Source: an uncultured Candidatus Micrarchaeota archaeon
GTDB lineage: Archaea; Micrarchaeota; Micrarchaeia; Anstonellales; Bilamarchaeaceae
Direction: 5' to 3'
Assembly: GCA_963714085.1 (NCBI GenBank)
Contig: OY970229.1
Coordinates: forward strand, 64,001-128,000
DNA length: 64,000 bases
Position numbers and translations under genes: made by a program. Below are positions 18,641 through 28,228 of this stretch, piece by piece. Below the pieces are notes generated by a model. The model worked only from the letters and a program-made list of their open reading frames with translations, searched no databases and was not told the origin of the DNA. Within the stretch, counting starts at the first letter, position 1. Every line of letters starts with the position of its first letter.

Positions 18641-19525
18641 ATGTTTGTCGCAGTATTATCGGACAAGCCTGAGCTGAGGGAGCAGTTCTGCAAGCTCGTG
18701 GGCAAGGAGACTGGGAAGGATGATATCAGCTTCTACGCCGCTAATTTCAACGGGAGGATAATCACATTGGTGGAGCCGACGTTGTATCCTGACAAGATCC
18801 AGCCGCTGCTTTATTCGCTCTCCATGGCGGATTACGTGGTGCTGCTCGCGGACGGGCTGACTCCGAAGATAGGCGAGATAGTCGTGGCCCTCAACGCGCT
18901 CAAGCTGGACAAGGGCATTGTCGTATCGAGCGCGCCGCTCCCCCTGGCCGGAACGGTCCTGGACAAATACGAGAAAGTCACGGACATGAACGCCGCGAAG
19001 GAGAAGGTGCTCTCGCTCCAGCGCGGTGAGCCGGGCGAGAACGCCCTCGCGCTCGTTGACAAGGCGTTCGCAGTGAAATCCGTTGGCAACGTCGCCTTGG
19101 GGGTAGTGAAATCCGGCAAACTGAAGAAGCACGACAAGCTGTTCCTGCTGCCTGACAAGAAGGAGCTCGAGGTCAGGACCATCCAGATAAACGACGCAGA
19201 CTGCGAGGAGGCGGATGCCGGCGCGAGGTTCGGCATAGCGTACAAGGGAGACCTGCTCGAGCGCGGCATACTGGTTCCCCTTAGGAACGAGTTCCAGGTG
19301 GAGAGTATAGTGAACGGCAGGTTCGTGAAGAGCCCGTTCTTCAAGGACGAATTGAAGGGCAGGATACACGCGTACTCCAACATGCAGTTCGTGGAGGGCA
19401 ACGTTTTCGAGAACGAGCTGAAGCTCGCCGCGCCGCTGGCATTCGAGAAGGGCGAGCTCATCCTCGTGGTGGACGCAAGCAACCAGAAGCTGCGCATCGC
19501 CGGCGTGTTCCAGAGCAAGTGGTGA
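18641..19525 (+). CDS. Archaeal SelB-like / EF-Tu domain II protein with degenerate G domain
   Basis: VGKETGKDDISFY, YPDKIQPLL, VDKAFAVKSVGNVALG, EVRTIQ. No intact P-loop. Confidence 0.8.
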   Translation: MFVAVLSDKPELREQFCKLVGKETGKDDISFYAANFNGRIITLVEPTLYPDKIQPLLYSLSMADYVVLLADGLTPKIGEIVVALNALKLDKGIVVSSAPLPLAGTVLDKYEKVTDMNAAKEKVLSLQRGEPGENALALVDKAFAVKSVGNVALGVVKSGKLKKHDKLFLLPDKKELEVRTIQINDADCEEADAGARFGIAYKGDLLERGILVPLRNEFQVESIVNGRFVKSPFFKDELKGRIHAYSNMQFVEGNVFENELKLAAPLAFEKGELILVVDASNQKLRIAGVFQSKW

Positions 19526-19602
19526 GCGGCCATATTGTGATAGAAGGCATACGAAAAGGCGATTTTATAAATTCTTTTGCGGAATGACATTGTCGATACT
19601 GC

Positions 19603-20160
19603 ATGAAATACGATACTGCTCCCCGGCCTGCGAACGTAACGGCCCGCAATGCTGCGGCAGCTTTCCGGCCTGTTGACCAGCCGCTCGATGAGAAGATAGC
19701 CAGGACACAGAAGCCCTGCATCGCAACGATATGCTTGCTGCGCTCCGAGTCCCCTGAATCCGTAGTCAGGAAGTTCAAGGTCGAGAGCGGGCAGGAGGAG
19801 CAGCTCTTCAACGTCGGCCTGTACCAAAGGCAGGGGGACGTCATACTGAAGTACCCCGAACAGGTCGCGCTCGTGGCCATAGACCAGGAGGACAGAGTGG
19901 TCCTGCTCCGGAACCAGAACCGCAAAAAGATCACGCTCGCGGAACGTGGCGAGACCGTGCGCGTAGGAACCGGAAGGTACAGGCTCTACCTGGAGCGCAT
20001 AGAAGAGCGATCAGTCGCCGACAACCATGGGCTTCCCGCGCCTCAAGCGGCCGAGCCTGGCAGAGACGAGGCTCCTCCCAGCGATGGGAGCAGGGATGCC
20101 GATCGAGGCGCCCCCTCGTCCCGGGTTCGGTGCCGGCCTGGCAAAACAGACTGGGATTAA
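19603..20160 (+). CDS. Hypothetical protein, paralog of 22572..23123
   Basis: VALVAIDQEDRVVLL...KKITLAERGETVRVGTGRYRLYLERI aligns with the paralog. The C-terminal ~50 aa look unrelated. Confidence 0.6.
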   Translation: MKYDTAPRPANVTARNAAAAFRPVDQPLDEKIARTQKPCIATICLLRSESPESVVRKFKVESGQEEQLFNVGLYQRQGDVILKYPEQVALVAIDQEDRVVLLRNQNRKKITLAERGETVRVGTGRYRLYLERIEERSVADNHGLPAPQAAEPGRDEAPPSDGSRDADRGAPSSRVRCRPGKTDWD

Positions 20161-20186
20161 ATATTCGTCCTGGACTGGATGTATCC

Positions 20187-20885
20187 ATGAAGCGCATGAT
20201 ATTGTTGCTCGTCGCGGTCTCCCTGCTGTGCTCCGGCTGCACCCAGCACGCGCCCAATCCCCAGAACGCCACCAACACGCCGGTGTCGAATGCCACGACG
20301 AACATCACCGATACCCGGTATCTCCAGGAATCGCTCGCGCTCATCAGCCAGGCCAACGCCTCGGTGAACAACGCATCGGCTTATGTCTGCGCAGGGAACA
20401 CGCAGGGGTTTTATCTGCAGAACCAGCTCGATTACGAGAGCCAGGCCAACGGCTATGTCAGCCAGGCATCGTCCGATTTCAGCAGCGCCGATTACCAGGA
20501 CGCGCTGATCGCGGCATTGGACGCGGAGGCGTCCGCGGACTCCGAGCTGCTCCTCTCGTATTACACCTGCGGCCCCAGGGAGTACGACGGGAACCTCATC
20601 AACGAATCGCTCGACGCGATCGCCGCGGCCAACGCTTCCATCAGCAATGCATCCATGTACGTCTGCGCCGGGAATTCGGAGGAGTTCTACGTGCAGAACC
20701 AGCTGGATTACCAGAACCAAGCCGACGCCTATTTCGACCAGGCGGTTTCGGATTCCAGAAGCGGCGATTATCCGGACGCGCTGATCTCGGCATTGGACGC
20801 GGAAACCGCCGCGGATGCGGAGCGGCTCCTTTCCGAGTACACCTGCGGCCCGCCGGAGTACGATAGCGGCACGATCCCGGTATAG
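20187..20885 (+). CDS. Acidic lipoprotein with two tandem ~92-aa repeats
   Basis: MKRMILLLVAVSLLCSGC lipobox. Duplicated unit ESL...ANAS..NAS.YVCAGN...QNQLDY...YTCGP.EYD. Confidence 0.85.
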   Translation: MKRMILLLVAVSLLCSGCTQHAPNPQNATNTPVSNATTNITDTRYLQESLALISQANASVNNASAYVCAGNTQGFYLQNQLDYESQANGYVSQASSDFSSADYQDALIAALDAEASADSELLLSYYTCGPREYDGNLINESLDAIAAANASISNASMYVCAGNSEEFYVQNQLDYQNQADAYFDQAVSDSRSGDYPDALISALDAETAADAERLLSEYTCGPPEYDSGTIPV

Positions 20886-20901
20886 CGATCCCGCGCTGGG
20901 A

Positions 20902-21645
20902 TCAGAGCTCGCGGTCGTCCTCCGCTGCTTCCGTGTCCGGGAAGATGGTTCTCGCCCTTCTTTGCGCATCCATGCGCGCTTCATGCGAGTCGTATTGCAC
21001 CGGATCGAAATGGGTGAGGACCAACCTCTTGGCGCCGGCCTTGCGCGCGGCCTCGGCCGCCTCTTCCGGGGCCAGATGGGGCCAGGTGGGCACGTGGTTG
21101 CGCTCCTTCCATGAGCACTCGCTGATGAGGAGGTCCGCGTCCTTCGCGAGCTTGATGTAATTTTCGCACACGCCGGTATCGGTGCAGTACGCTATCTTCT
21201 TGCCTTCGAGCATGAGCGAGTAGCCGAAGCACGGGTCCTTGTGCACGAGGTAGCGGGCTTCTATGCCCATAGCTCCGACCTTGTTCATCCCTTCCTTGAG
21301 GTCCATGATATCGACGCGCATGGGAAGTATGTCCATGGGGGCCGTGAACGGGGCCGCGAGCAATATCGAGAGCGTCTTCTCGGTCCCCGGCTGGCCGAGT
21401 ATCGTCATGCCCTGGGGGAACGCGAATTTCGGCAGTATGTGCAGGCCGAAGGTGTGGTCCAGGTGGAAATGGCTCAGGAGCAGGAGGATGGGCTTGGTCT
21501 TGTCCGTGATGTAGCGGTCTATCTTGCGGATGCCGTTCCCCGCGTCCAGGATGACATATGCCTCCTTGGAGTCTATCAGGGTGCAGAGAGTCTCGCCTGT
21601 CTCCGAATCGAACCAGCCGTTGGTGCCGAGGAAATGTATCTTCAT
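20902..21645 (-). CDS. MBL-fold hydrolase, RNase Z-like
   Basis: FLGTNG, SHFHLDH, H...GY, YCTDT, HL, LTHF. Confidence 0.88.
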   Translation of the reverse strand: MKIHFLGTNGWFDSETGETLCTLIDSKEAYVILDAGNGIRKIDRYITDKTKPILLLLSHFHLDHTFGLHILPKFAFPQGMTILGQPGTEKTLSILLAAPFTAPMDILPMRVDIMDLKEGMNKVGAMGIEARYLVHKDPCFGYSLMLEGKKIAYCTDTGVCENYIKLAKDADLLISECSWKERNHVPTWPHLAPEEAAEAARKAGAKRLVLTHFDPVQYDSHEARMDAQRRARTIFPDTEAAEDDREL

Positions 21646-21842
21646 GGGTTATGGATTGGAAGCCAGGGTTTTAGTGCTTTGCTGGCTCCGGTTCCATTCC
21701 AAGCGGCGGTCATATTATGAAAAACATATTTGTTCGTTTATTTATATCCTTAGCTATCAAGCTCTGCGAAATGATACTGTGTAAATTGTCCAGCAGTAAT
21801 TCTTTTTAATTGTTTGCTTTAATGTTAAATAGAGTTGAAAAA

Positions 21843-22511
21843 ATGTCGACATGGTGCAGATTATTTGGAACTTCGCATGCAACCACGAAAGCCCTTGCCA
21901 GCGCATCGAGAAGCAAGGACACGGAAATGAAAGCCAAGGTTGTGGACGAGCTGGGCCGTAGATTCTTCGGGAGCCAGAAAGCGGTAGGCAAAATAGCGGC
22001 TAAAGCAAACGATTTCGACAGGGCTGTGTTAATCGAAAGTTTGGTAAAGGCCAATCATATTCATATCATTGACAACATCTTACATCCTGGAAGTATAAAG
22101 ACTAAGACACTAATCAAGATTATGGTGGCTGGATTCAGTGAAGAAGAACGTAGCCAGCTTGTACACGCAAGATCAAACGGATTGCTGAAGGTGCTTTTGG
22201 AATGCACGGACTGTAGGCCGGTGGCCAGTGGCGCCTTGGCCCTCCTGCTCTCACGCACTACCCCAAAAACTCAATATGTTGTAGATGGAACACGAACAGA
22301 TCAAGAGGAAATTGATGCTTGGTATCCGCATGAGCCTGCTGGCGTTCCGCTTGCGCGTGAGACGGGTACAATCGGTCATTGCGAGTATTCCGGCATCGAC
22401 GTTGTGCATGCCCGGCAATTTTTGAAGGGATACGAAGAGCCGAAAGCCAAGGAAATAATGGATGCCCTTAGAACTATCAACCCGGAGTTATGGGGCAGGT
22501 TAACTGGCTGA
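21843..22511 (+). CDS. Hypothetical protein (AT-richer gene)
   Basis: Open frame filling the gap, first ATG at 21843. No motif recognised. Confidence 0.6.
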   Translation: MSTWCRLFGTSHATTKALASASRSKDTEMKAKVVDELGRRFFGSQKAVGKIAAKANDFDRAVLIESLVKANHIHIIDNILHPGSIKTKTLIKIMVAGFSEEERSQLVHARSNGLLKVLLECTDCRPVASGALALLLSRTTPKTQYVVDGTRTDQEEIDAWYPHEPAGVPLARETGTIGHCEYSGIDVVHARQFLKGYEEPKAKEIMDALRTINPELWGRLTG

Positions 22512-22571
22512 GTCTGTGGAATATGCAGATAGCCAGGGGAAGAGCAAACTAATATAGGCTATGGAGATGAC

Positions 22572-23123
22572 ATGGAACCAAAGACCCCGCGATTCGCGGA
22601 AGTAGTGCCTATCAACGCCAAGGTTGCGGAACTCAGGGCTGCCAGAGCTGTCGCTGCGTCTCAACCCGCCGCATCGGCAGAGGCTCCGCTTGATGAGGGA
22701 AGGATGGACGCAAGACGCGGTACTAATACGCTCAACAGCGCTTCCATCTTACTGCTGCGCGTCGGCTCCTCGACGCCCGACAAGCGGTTCGGGACGAACA
22801 GCATGAACAAGGGGAAGTTTTTCGACATCGGCGTGGTCGAGCATGGCACCGGAGTGAAAAAGGAGATAATGCTCATCGCCATCGACGCCGAGAGAAGGGA
22901 GGTCCTGCTCCTGGACTGGTATGGAAAAAAAATCACGCTGACCGAGGGCGGCGAGAGCGTGCCGATAGGGAGCGGAAAGGTCGAACTCCGCCTCGAGCAT
23001 ATAGGAACGAAAGTGATGGATTACAAGTTCGACAGGACTCCGACCCGCATGATAGATGAGGTTATTTTCATGACTGCCCATCTCGATACGGAATGGGAAG
23101 GAAAATACCGCGACATATGGTGA
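22572..23123 (+). CDS. Hypothetical protein, paralog of 19603..20160
   Basis: GGAG RBS. IMLIAIDAERREVLLL..GKKITLTEGGESVPIGSGKVELRLEHI. Confidence 0.75.
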   Translation: MEPKTPRFAEVVPINAKVAELRAARAVAASQPAASAEAPLDEGRMDARRGTNTLNSASILLLRVGSSTPDKRFGTNSMNKGKFFDIGVVEHGTGVKKEIMLIAIDAERREVLLLDWYGKKITLTEGGESVPIGSGKVELRLEHIGTKVMDYKFDRTPTRMIDEVIFMTAHLDTEWEGKYRDIW

Positions 23124-23146
23124 GCGTACCGACCGAATGTGTTCCG

Positions 23147-23163
23147 GACGCCCTGAGGGCGTC
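23147..23163. terminator. Short GC hairpin downstream of 22572..23123
   Basis: gacgccc-tga-gggcgtc perfect 7-bp stem. No U-tract, so function is uncertain. Confidence 0.25.
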
Positions 23164-23201
23164 GGCGACTTATTATTAAGATTAGCGAGTTTATTTTAAT
23201 C

Positions 23202-24143
23202 ATGGACACGGGAAGGATCCTGGTCATCGGGGCCGGTGTTAACGGCTCGGTGTGCGCCTCAGGCCTGCAGAACGCAGGGATAGACGTCACTGTGCTCGCG
23301 CGCGGGACGCGCTACGATGAGATAAAGAAGGAAGGGATAGTCATAGTGGACGCGTTCAGCAACAAGCGGAGCGTCACCAAAGTGAAGGTCATCAAGACTC
23401 TGAAACCAGATGACGTCTATGATTATGTCCTCGTCATAGTCCGCAGGAACCAGATATCAGGAGTTTTGCCTCTTTTGGCCGGGAACAGGTCCCAAAACAT
23501 CGTCTTCATGGGCAACAACCTGGCCGGCTCGGAGGAGTACACGGACGCACTGGGGAAAGGCCGGGTCATGTTCGGCTTCCCCTTTGCCGGCGGAAGGAGA
23601 GAGGGCGACATCATCAAGGCAGTGACCATCGGATCTCTCACCGCCCCGTTCGGGGAGATAGACGGCTCCATCACCCCGCGGCTGAAACGCCTTGTCGCGA
23701 TCATACGCCAGGCAGGGTTCAGCGCCGAACCCTCCACCCGGATCATGGATTTCCTTTTCACGCACGGGGCCGGGGTTCCTCTGTTCGCCAACCTGATCCT
23801 CAAGCACGGATGCGACACCCGCGCCCTTGCAAGATCCCCCGCGGACCTCGGCCTTCTCGTGGATTCCATGCGCGAATCGCTCTCCGTCCTCCGCGCCCTC
23901 GGGCACAGGATAGTCCCTGGAAGCATGCGCGTGATAGAGATCGTCCCGCGCTTCGTCCTGGTCGTGTTCCTCAGGTTCGCCCTCGCTTCGAAGCTGGCCG
24001 AGGTCGGAGGCGCGTACCACGTGTCCCAGGCGCCGGACGAGATGGAATTCCTCGGCAAGGAGCTCGAGGCTCTCGTGGAGAAGTCCGGCCTGAGCGCCCC
24101 AGCGATAAGGATGGTCCTGGCGATGGGCGAGGCTGAGCATTAG
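23202..24143 (+). CDS. Ketopantoate reductase (PanE/ApbA) family oxidoreductase
   Basis: ILVIGAGVNGS, DVTVLARG, YDYVLVIVR, MGNN. Confidence 0.8.
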   Translation: MDTGRILVIGAGVNGSVCASGLQNAGIDVTVLARGTRYDEIKKEGIVIVDAFSNKRSVTKVKVIKTLKPDDVYDYVLVIVRRNQISGVLPLLAGNRSQNIVFMGNNLAGSEEYTDALGKGRVMFGFPFAGGRREGDIIKAVTIGSLTAPFGEIDGSITPRLKRLVAIIRQAGFSAEPSTRIMDFLFTHGAGVPLFANLILKHGCDTRALARSPADLGLLVDSMRESLSVLRALGHRIVPGSMRVIEIVPRFVLVVFLRFALASKLAEVGGAYHVSQAPDEMEFLGKELEALVEKSGLSAPAIRMVLAMGEAEH

Positions 24144-24170
24144 AATTTTGCTCTTATTCCGGTCGACCGC

Positions 24171-24884
24171 CTAGCGCAGCGTTTCCCCGTACTTATTGCC
24201 GTATGCGAAGGATCCGACGTCCCTGCGGACCCTCAGGTATTTCCATTGCCTGGTCGGATATCCCAGCCTGATCGCGAACGAGACTGCCATGTGTTTCGGT
24301 ATGCCGAGCACCCTCTTCAGCTCCTTCTGCACGGAATCGTCGCTGAACACGCTCATTATCTGGAACCCGACGCCCAGCTCCTGCGCCATGAGCCACATGT
24401 TCTCCATCACGCAGCCGAGGCCCAGCGTCCCCAGCTCGTCCCCCTCGGATGCCGGCGCCCTCTTCCGCGTGTCGTGGAGCACGATCAGCACGGTAGGGCT
24501 CCCCTTGATGGTCTCGTCCAGCGTCCCGTTGGTCTCCTCTTTTATGGCCTTCTCGAGCTTGGCCTTATCGCGCCACGCTGGAGGGAACCCGGCCCCGAGT
24601 ATACCGACCTTCTTGCGCGAGAGCTCCTCCTCGCTCATGGAGAGCTGGGTGAAATTCTCCCGGATGAATTCCGGAGACGGGTACGTGGTCACGTTCCCGA
24701 CCTGTTCGAGGACTTTCCTATCGTCGATGACGACAATCTCGAAATTCTGCATGTTGTGCGGGGTCGGAGCCCACCTCCCGGCCTCCAGGATCAGTTTTAC
24801 GTCTTCTTTGGGCACCTGCTTCCCCGGGTCGAAGGGGGCCCTGGTAGAATGCCTCCCCTGGATGGCTTTCAGCAGGTCTTCCAT
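24171..24884 (-). CDS. Nitroreductase family protein
   Basis: RHSTR, WAPTPHNMQ, ENMWLMAQELGVG, LGYP. Confidence 0.92.
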   Translation of the reverse strand: MEDLLKAIQGRHSTRAPFDPGKQVPKEDVKLILEAGRWAPTPHNMQNFEIVVIDDRKVLEQVGNVTTYPSPEFIRENFTQLSMSEEELSRKKVGILGAGFPPAWRDKAKLEKAIKEETNGTLDETIKGSPTVLIVLHDTRKRAPASEGDELGTLGLGCVMENMWLMAQELGVGFQIMSVFSDDSVQKELKRVLGIPKHMAVSFAIRLGYPTRQWKYLRVRRDVGSFAYGNKYGETLR

Positions 24885-24905
24885 GGGTCGGCGCCTCGGA
24901 TTGGC

Positions 24906-26528
24906 TCAGAACCTCTTCCTTTTGAGCCTGTTCCCGCTCCTTAGCCTCCAATAGACTACCGCGGCGATGATTATGACGAGCGCCAGGGCGAATGGCCATA
25001 GCGAGCCGAGCACCGACGCTATCGAAGTCGCCGGGCGCGGCGGCGGCTGCTCCGTGGCAGCGCTGGGCAGCGCCTGTATCTGCAGGGTCCTCACCACCGT
25101 GCCGTTCTCCAGGTAGGAGACGTCGTAGATGCCCGTGTACACCAGCTGCAATGAGAAGTCTCCGGTCGAATTGGTCTTCCCGCTCACCTTGTTCCCGATG
25201 GGATCGGTTATCACGATGTCGCAGGCCACGCAGACGGAGTTGTCCTTCACCGCCTGCACGTTCGTGTTCTGCCCCACGAAGCCCGAGTTGGGGCCCCTGA
25301 GGTCGAAGCTCGTGCATATGTGATCCAGGCACGTCTGGCCATAGCCGCAGGGCGGGCAGACGGGGTCGGAGCCGCATTGGTAGGGCGTGAATGTGTGGTT
25401 CGCGGCGTTCCCGCAGCCGGTCAGGTTCATGCAGCTGCCTACGGTCGCCCCTGTTGGTATGACGCACTTCTGGTTATCCAGGCAGTTCGCATCAGAGCTG
25501 CAGTTGAACGTCTGGTTCGCCGGGCCGGGCGAGGTTTTCGGCGGTGTGACGTTCGCGGGCGGGGGTGGTGGCGCGCATGTGGTGAACGTGAACGTCGCGG
25601 TCCCTGGCGCGTAGCCGGCCTTGGAGGCGTCCGCCTCATAGGTCCCGTTAGTCGACAGAGAGAACGTGGCTGTTCCATCGCTGCCCGCGGTCTGCTGGCC
25701 GACCTCTCCTTCGGACGGGTTTGTGAGCATCAGCCGTATTTCCGCGTCTCCGCTCGAGGAGGTGATCGTCACGGATTCGCCCGGGCATGGGGCCCTCGAA
25801 TATCCGAGCGAGAGGGATGGGGTTGGCCCGGACGGCGATGGGACCGGCGGGACGGGCGGCGGCGCAGCCGGCCCTATACCGTTCACGAATATCGTGTAGT
25901 TGCCTCCGTCGGATGTGAGGGACACGGTCTGCCCCGGGGAAGCGATGGCGCTGTCCATCGTGGTGGAGTTGGGCCTCACGAGGCCGATGACGAGATACGG
26001 GACCACGGGCACGATCGCATGCCCCTGGTCGTCCGCCACGCCGGTCACGGTGACGTTCACGACGCTCCCGACCTGGCTGCTGGAGACCCCGTATGCGCCG
26101 ACGAACCAGTCCGCGGTGCTGAGGGTCCACCTGGTGGCACCGGCAAGACCCGGCGCGGGGGCTATGAAGACGTACGGTATCGACGGGTACCATGCGAGGA
26201 AGCTGCTTATCTCCAGCGGGACGATGGTGCAATTGCTCGCGTTGACGCTTGCGACCTGCACCGGCGCATGCTGCACCGGGATGTAATCGCCGTCCAGGCC
26301 GTCCGCGTATGCCAGTGCGACCCACTGGTTTAGGAGCGGCGCTCCGCCCTGCGAGCATATGCTGAGCATCGCGTCCGGATTGGCGATGCTGTTGTCAGCG
26401 TAGGACGCGGAGCTGTTGTCGTAGACCATCGAGGTGATTGCGCTGTCGTTGGCGCGGACCATCGCGACGTCGTAGGACTGGGCGAAAGCCAAGGAGAGCA
26501 GCAGCAGCGCGAATATTGCAGCCTTCAT
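24906..26528 (-). CDS. Membrane-anchored surface glycoprotein (~540 aa)
   Basis: Signal MKAAIFALLLLSLAFA. Its ATG at 26528 overlaps the upstream TGA (TGATG). Pro linker, Cys-rich domain, C-terminal TM helix and basic tail. Confidence 0.85.
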   Translation of the reverse strand: MKAAIFALLLLSLAFAQSYDVAMVRANDSAITSMVYDNSSASYADNSIANPDAMLSICSQGGAPLLNQWVALAYADGLDGDYIPVQHAPVQVASVNASNCTIVPLEISSFLAWYPSIPYVFIAPAPGLAGATRWTLSTADWFVGAYGVSSSQVGSVVNVTVTGVADDQGHAIVPVVPYLVIGLVRPNSTTMDSAIASPGQTVSLTSDGGNYTIFVNGIGPAAPPPVPPVPSPSGPTPSLSLGYSRAPCPGESVTITSSSGDAEIRLMLTNPSEGEVGQQTAGSDGTATFSLSTNGTYEADASKAGYAPGTATFTFTTCAPPPPPANVTPPKTSPGPANQTFNCSSDANCLDNQKCVIPTGATVGSCMNLTGCGNAANHTFTPYQCGSDPVCPPCGYGQTCLDHICTSFDLRGPNSGFVGQNTNVQAVKDNSVCVACDIVITDPIGNKVSGKTNSTGDFSLQLVYTGIYDVSYLENGTVVRTLQIQALPSAATEQPPPRPATSIASVLGSLWPFALALVIIIAAVVYWRLRSGNRLKRKRF

Positions 26529-28228
26529 CAGGCCACCACCAGCTTCTTGGTTATCGAGTACATCTGGTAGAGCCAGTCGTACACCCATGTCACGTACCTG
26601 TTCCTGTTGAGGGTGTCCACGTTGTTCACCCAGCCCGGGTCCTGGCAGGTCTCGTTCGCCACGAACAGCGGCTGGTCGTAGGACAGGGTGCCGTTGTAGG
26701 CCAGCAGGAGCTGGCTGCCGTTGGCGTAGGCGTCCACCGTGATGGAGTAGTTGCCCACGTAGTTGCTCACGTTCTCCGCAGAATACACCGTGTAGAGCAG
26801 GTTGCACGTGGGGATGAGCGTCATCATGGCGTAGCCGGTTCCGTTACCGACCATCTGGCCCACGTTCTTGCTTATCAGGCCGCGCTGGGTCGCGCCGTCG
26901 CTCCACACCTGCGTCGGGCTGAACGGGTTGAGGCCGTTGGTCTCGGTGATGACGAAGGTGGGGTTCGAGACCGTGTTGTTGCTCGGATCCGTGAGCCAGA
27001 TGCTCACGTTGTAGGGCACGCCCCATTGCGGGAAGGAGTACGTCTGGTTGTTGTTTATCGCCACGTGCACGACGTAGTACGGGCTCACCACCACCGTGGC
27101 GAGCGCGGTCTTGGTGCTCGCGTCGCATTCGGCCAGGGCATGCGTCGGGTCGGACGTCCCTGTGAAGGTGTATGTGCCGCTCTGCACGCCGTCGGTCGCG
27201 TTCCACATGTAGGTGAGGTTCACCGACTGGCCTGGCGCCAGGCCGCTGGTGACGGACCAGAGATAGCCTTGCGAATAGCCTGCCGGCCCGGTGATGTTCA
27301 GGGTCACCGGGAACGCGGAGGTCACGTTCACGTTGCCGTTGTTCGTTATCGTTATGGTCACATTGGAGCTGCTGCCGTAATACATCCCCGTTGGCGAGGC
27401 GATCATGGATATGAGGAGGTTGGCCCCCAGGCACATGCCGTAGCCGAGGCCGTCCACCACGGTGTAGCGCGTGTATACGTGCTGGTCGTCTATGGGGATC
27501 GCCCCTATGCCGAGCTGCACCGGGAGCTGGCTGCTGTCGTTCACCTTCACCGCGGCCGTGCAGTTGTCTCCGTAGTCGTCCGTGCAGAGCCCGATGACCA
27601 TGCTCCTGCCCGTGGTGGAGCTCAGACCCCAGCTCGCATCGGACGGAGGCTTGGAGAACGAGCCTATCTCACTATCGAAGGTTATGGAGTTCACCGTGGA
27701 TGTCACGTTCCTGGTGCCCTGGTTGAACGTGCTGGTGACTCCGTACGAGCCGAGGAGCGTGCCGCCGGTCACGTCGACGAATGCCGGGCTGGCGCCGTTC
27801 GGGCTGCTGGATACCAGGAGGTGGATCCTCCCGGGGAACGCGGATACGAAGACGTTCGGGGTCCTGGACGAGTCCTTGAACTGGGAGAACGCGAAAGCGT
27901 CTATCGGGGTCTGGTAGCACGTCGCATTGTACGCGTTGGAGGTGTATACCAGCGAGGCGCTCGAGCCGGTGGTGAGGTTCAGGCTCTCCACCATGTAGGT
28001 GTAGCTTCCGGTATAGGCGCTGTACGCCGCGCCCACGTAATCAGGGCCCGCGTCGCAGAGCCTGAGCCCGAAGTCAGGGTTGATACTGAACGTGTCGACA
28101 TAGACCTGGTATTCCGTGGATGCGTAGACATCAGAGATCCCGTTGGTGCTGTTGATGATCTGCCCGGATTGGGAGAAGACGAACCCAGCCATCAGCAAAA
28201 CGAATAATGCCAGTTTTCTCATAGTCAC
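26528..28228 (-). CDS. Secreted protein with CARDB-like Ig domain, no TM anchor
   Basis: Signal peptide and TITITNNGNVNV...GLAPGQSVNLTYMW...GTYTFTGTSDP..ALAECD. GTGA overlap with the upstream gene, or ATG at 28222. Confidence 0.85.
   Translation of the reverse strand: MTMRKLALFVLLMAGFVFSQSGQIINSTNGISDVYASTEYQVYVDTFSINPDFGLRLCDAGPDYVGAAYSAYTGSYTYMVESLNLTTGSSASLVYTSNAYNATCYQTPIDAFAFSQFKDSSRTPNVFVSAFPGRIHLLVSSSPNGASPAFVDVTGGTLLGSYGVTSTFNQGTRNVTSTVNSITFDSEIGSFSKPPSDASWGLSSTTGRSMVIGLCTDDYGDNCTAAVKVNDSSQLPVQLGIGAIPIDDQHVYTRYTVVDGLGYGMCLGANLLISMIASPTGMYYGSSSNVTITITNNGNVNVTSAFPVTLNITGPAGYSQGYLWSVTSGLAPGQSVNLTYMWNATDGVQSGTYTFTGTSDPTHALAECDASTKTALATVVVSPYYVVHVAINNNQTYSFPQWGVPYNVSIWLTDPSNNTVSNPTFVITETNGLNPFSPTQVWSDGATQRGLISKNVGQMVGNGTGYAMMTLIPTCNLLYTVYSAENVSNYVGNYSITVDAYANGSQLLLAYNGTLSYDQPLFVANETCQDPGWVNNVDTLNRNRYVTWVYDWLYQMYSITKKLVVA

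Noticed and set aside
18641..19525. Selenocysteine machinery
   Set aside because: The SelB-like protein lacks an intact GTPase motif. No selD, tRNA-Sec or in-frame TGA selenoprotein was seen, and the redoxins use Cys.
26529..26807. N-terminal extension of the 633-aa ORF (also extensions at 892-1083, 43564-43716, 45305-45646)
   Set aside because: These extensions overlap neighbouring genes or promoters. Signal peptides and motifs begin at the internal ATGs used above.
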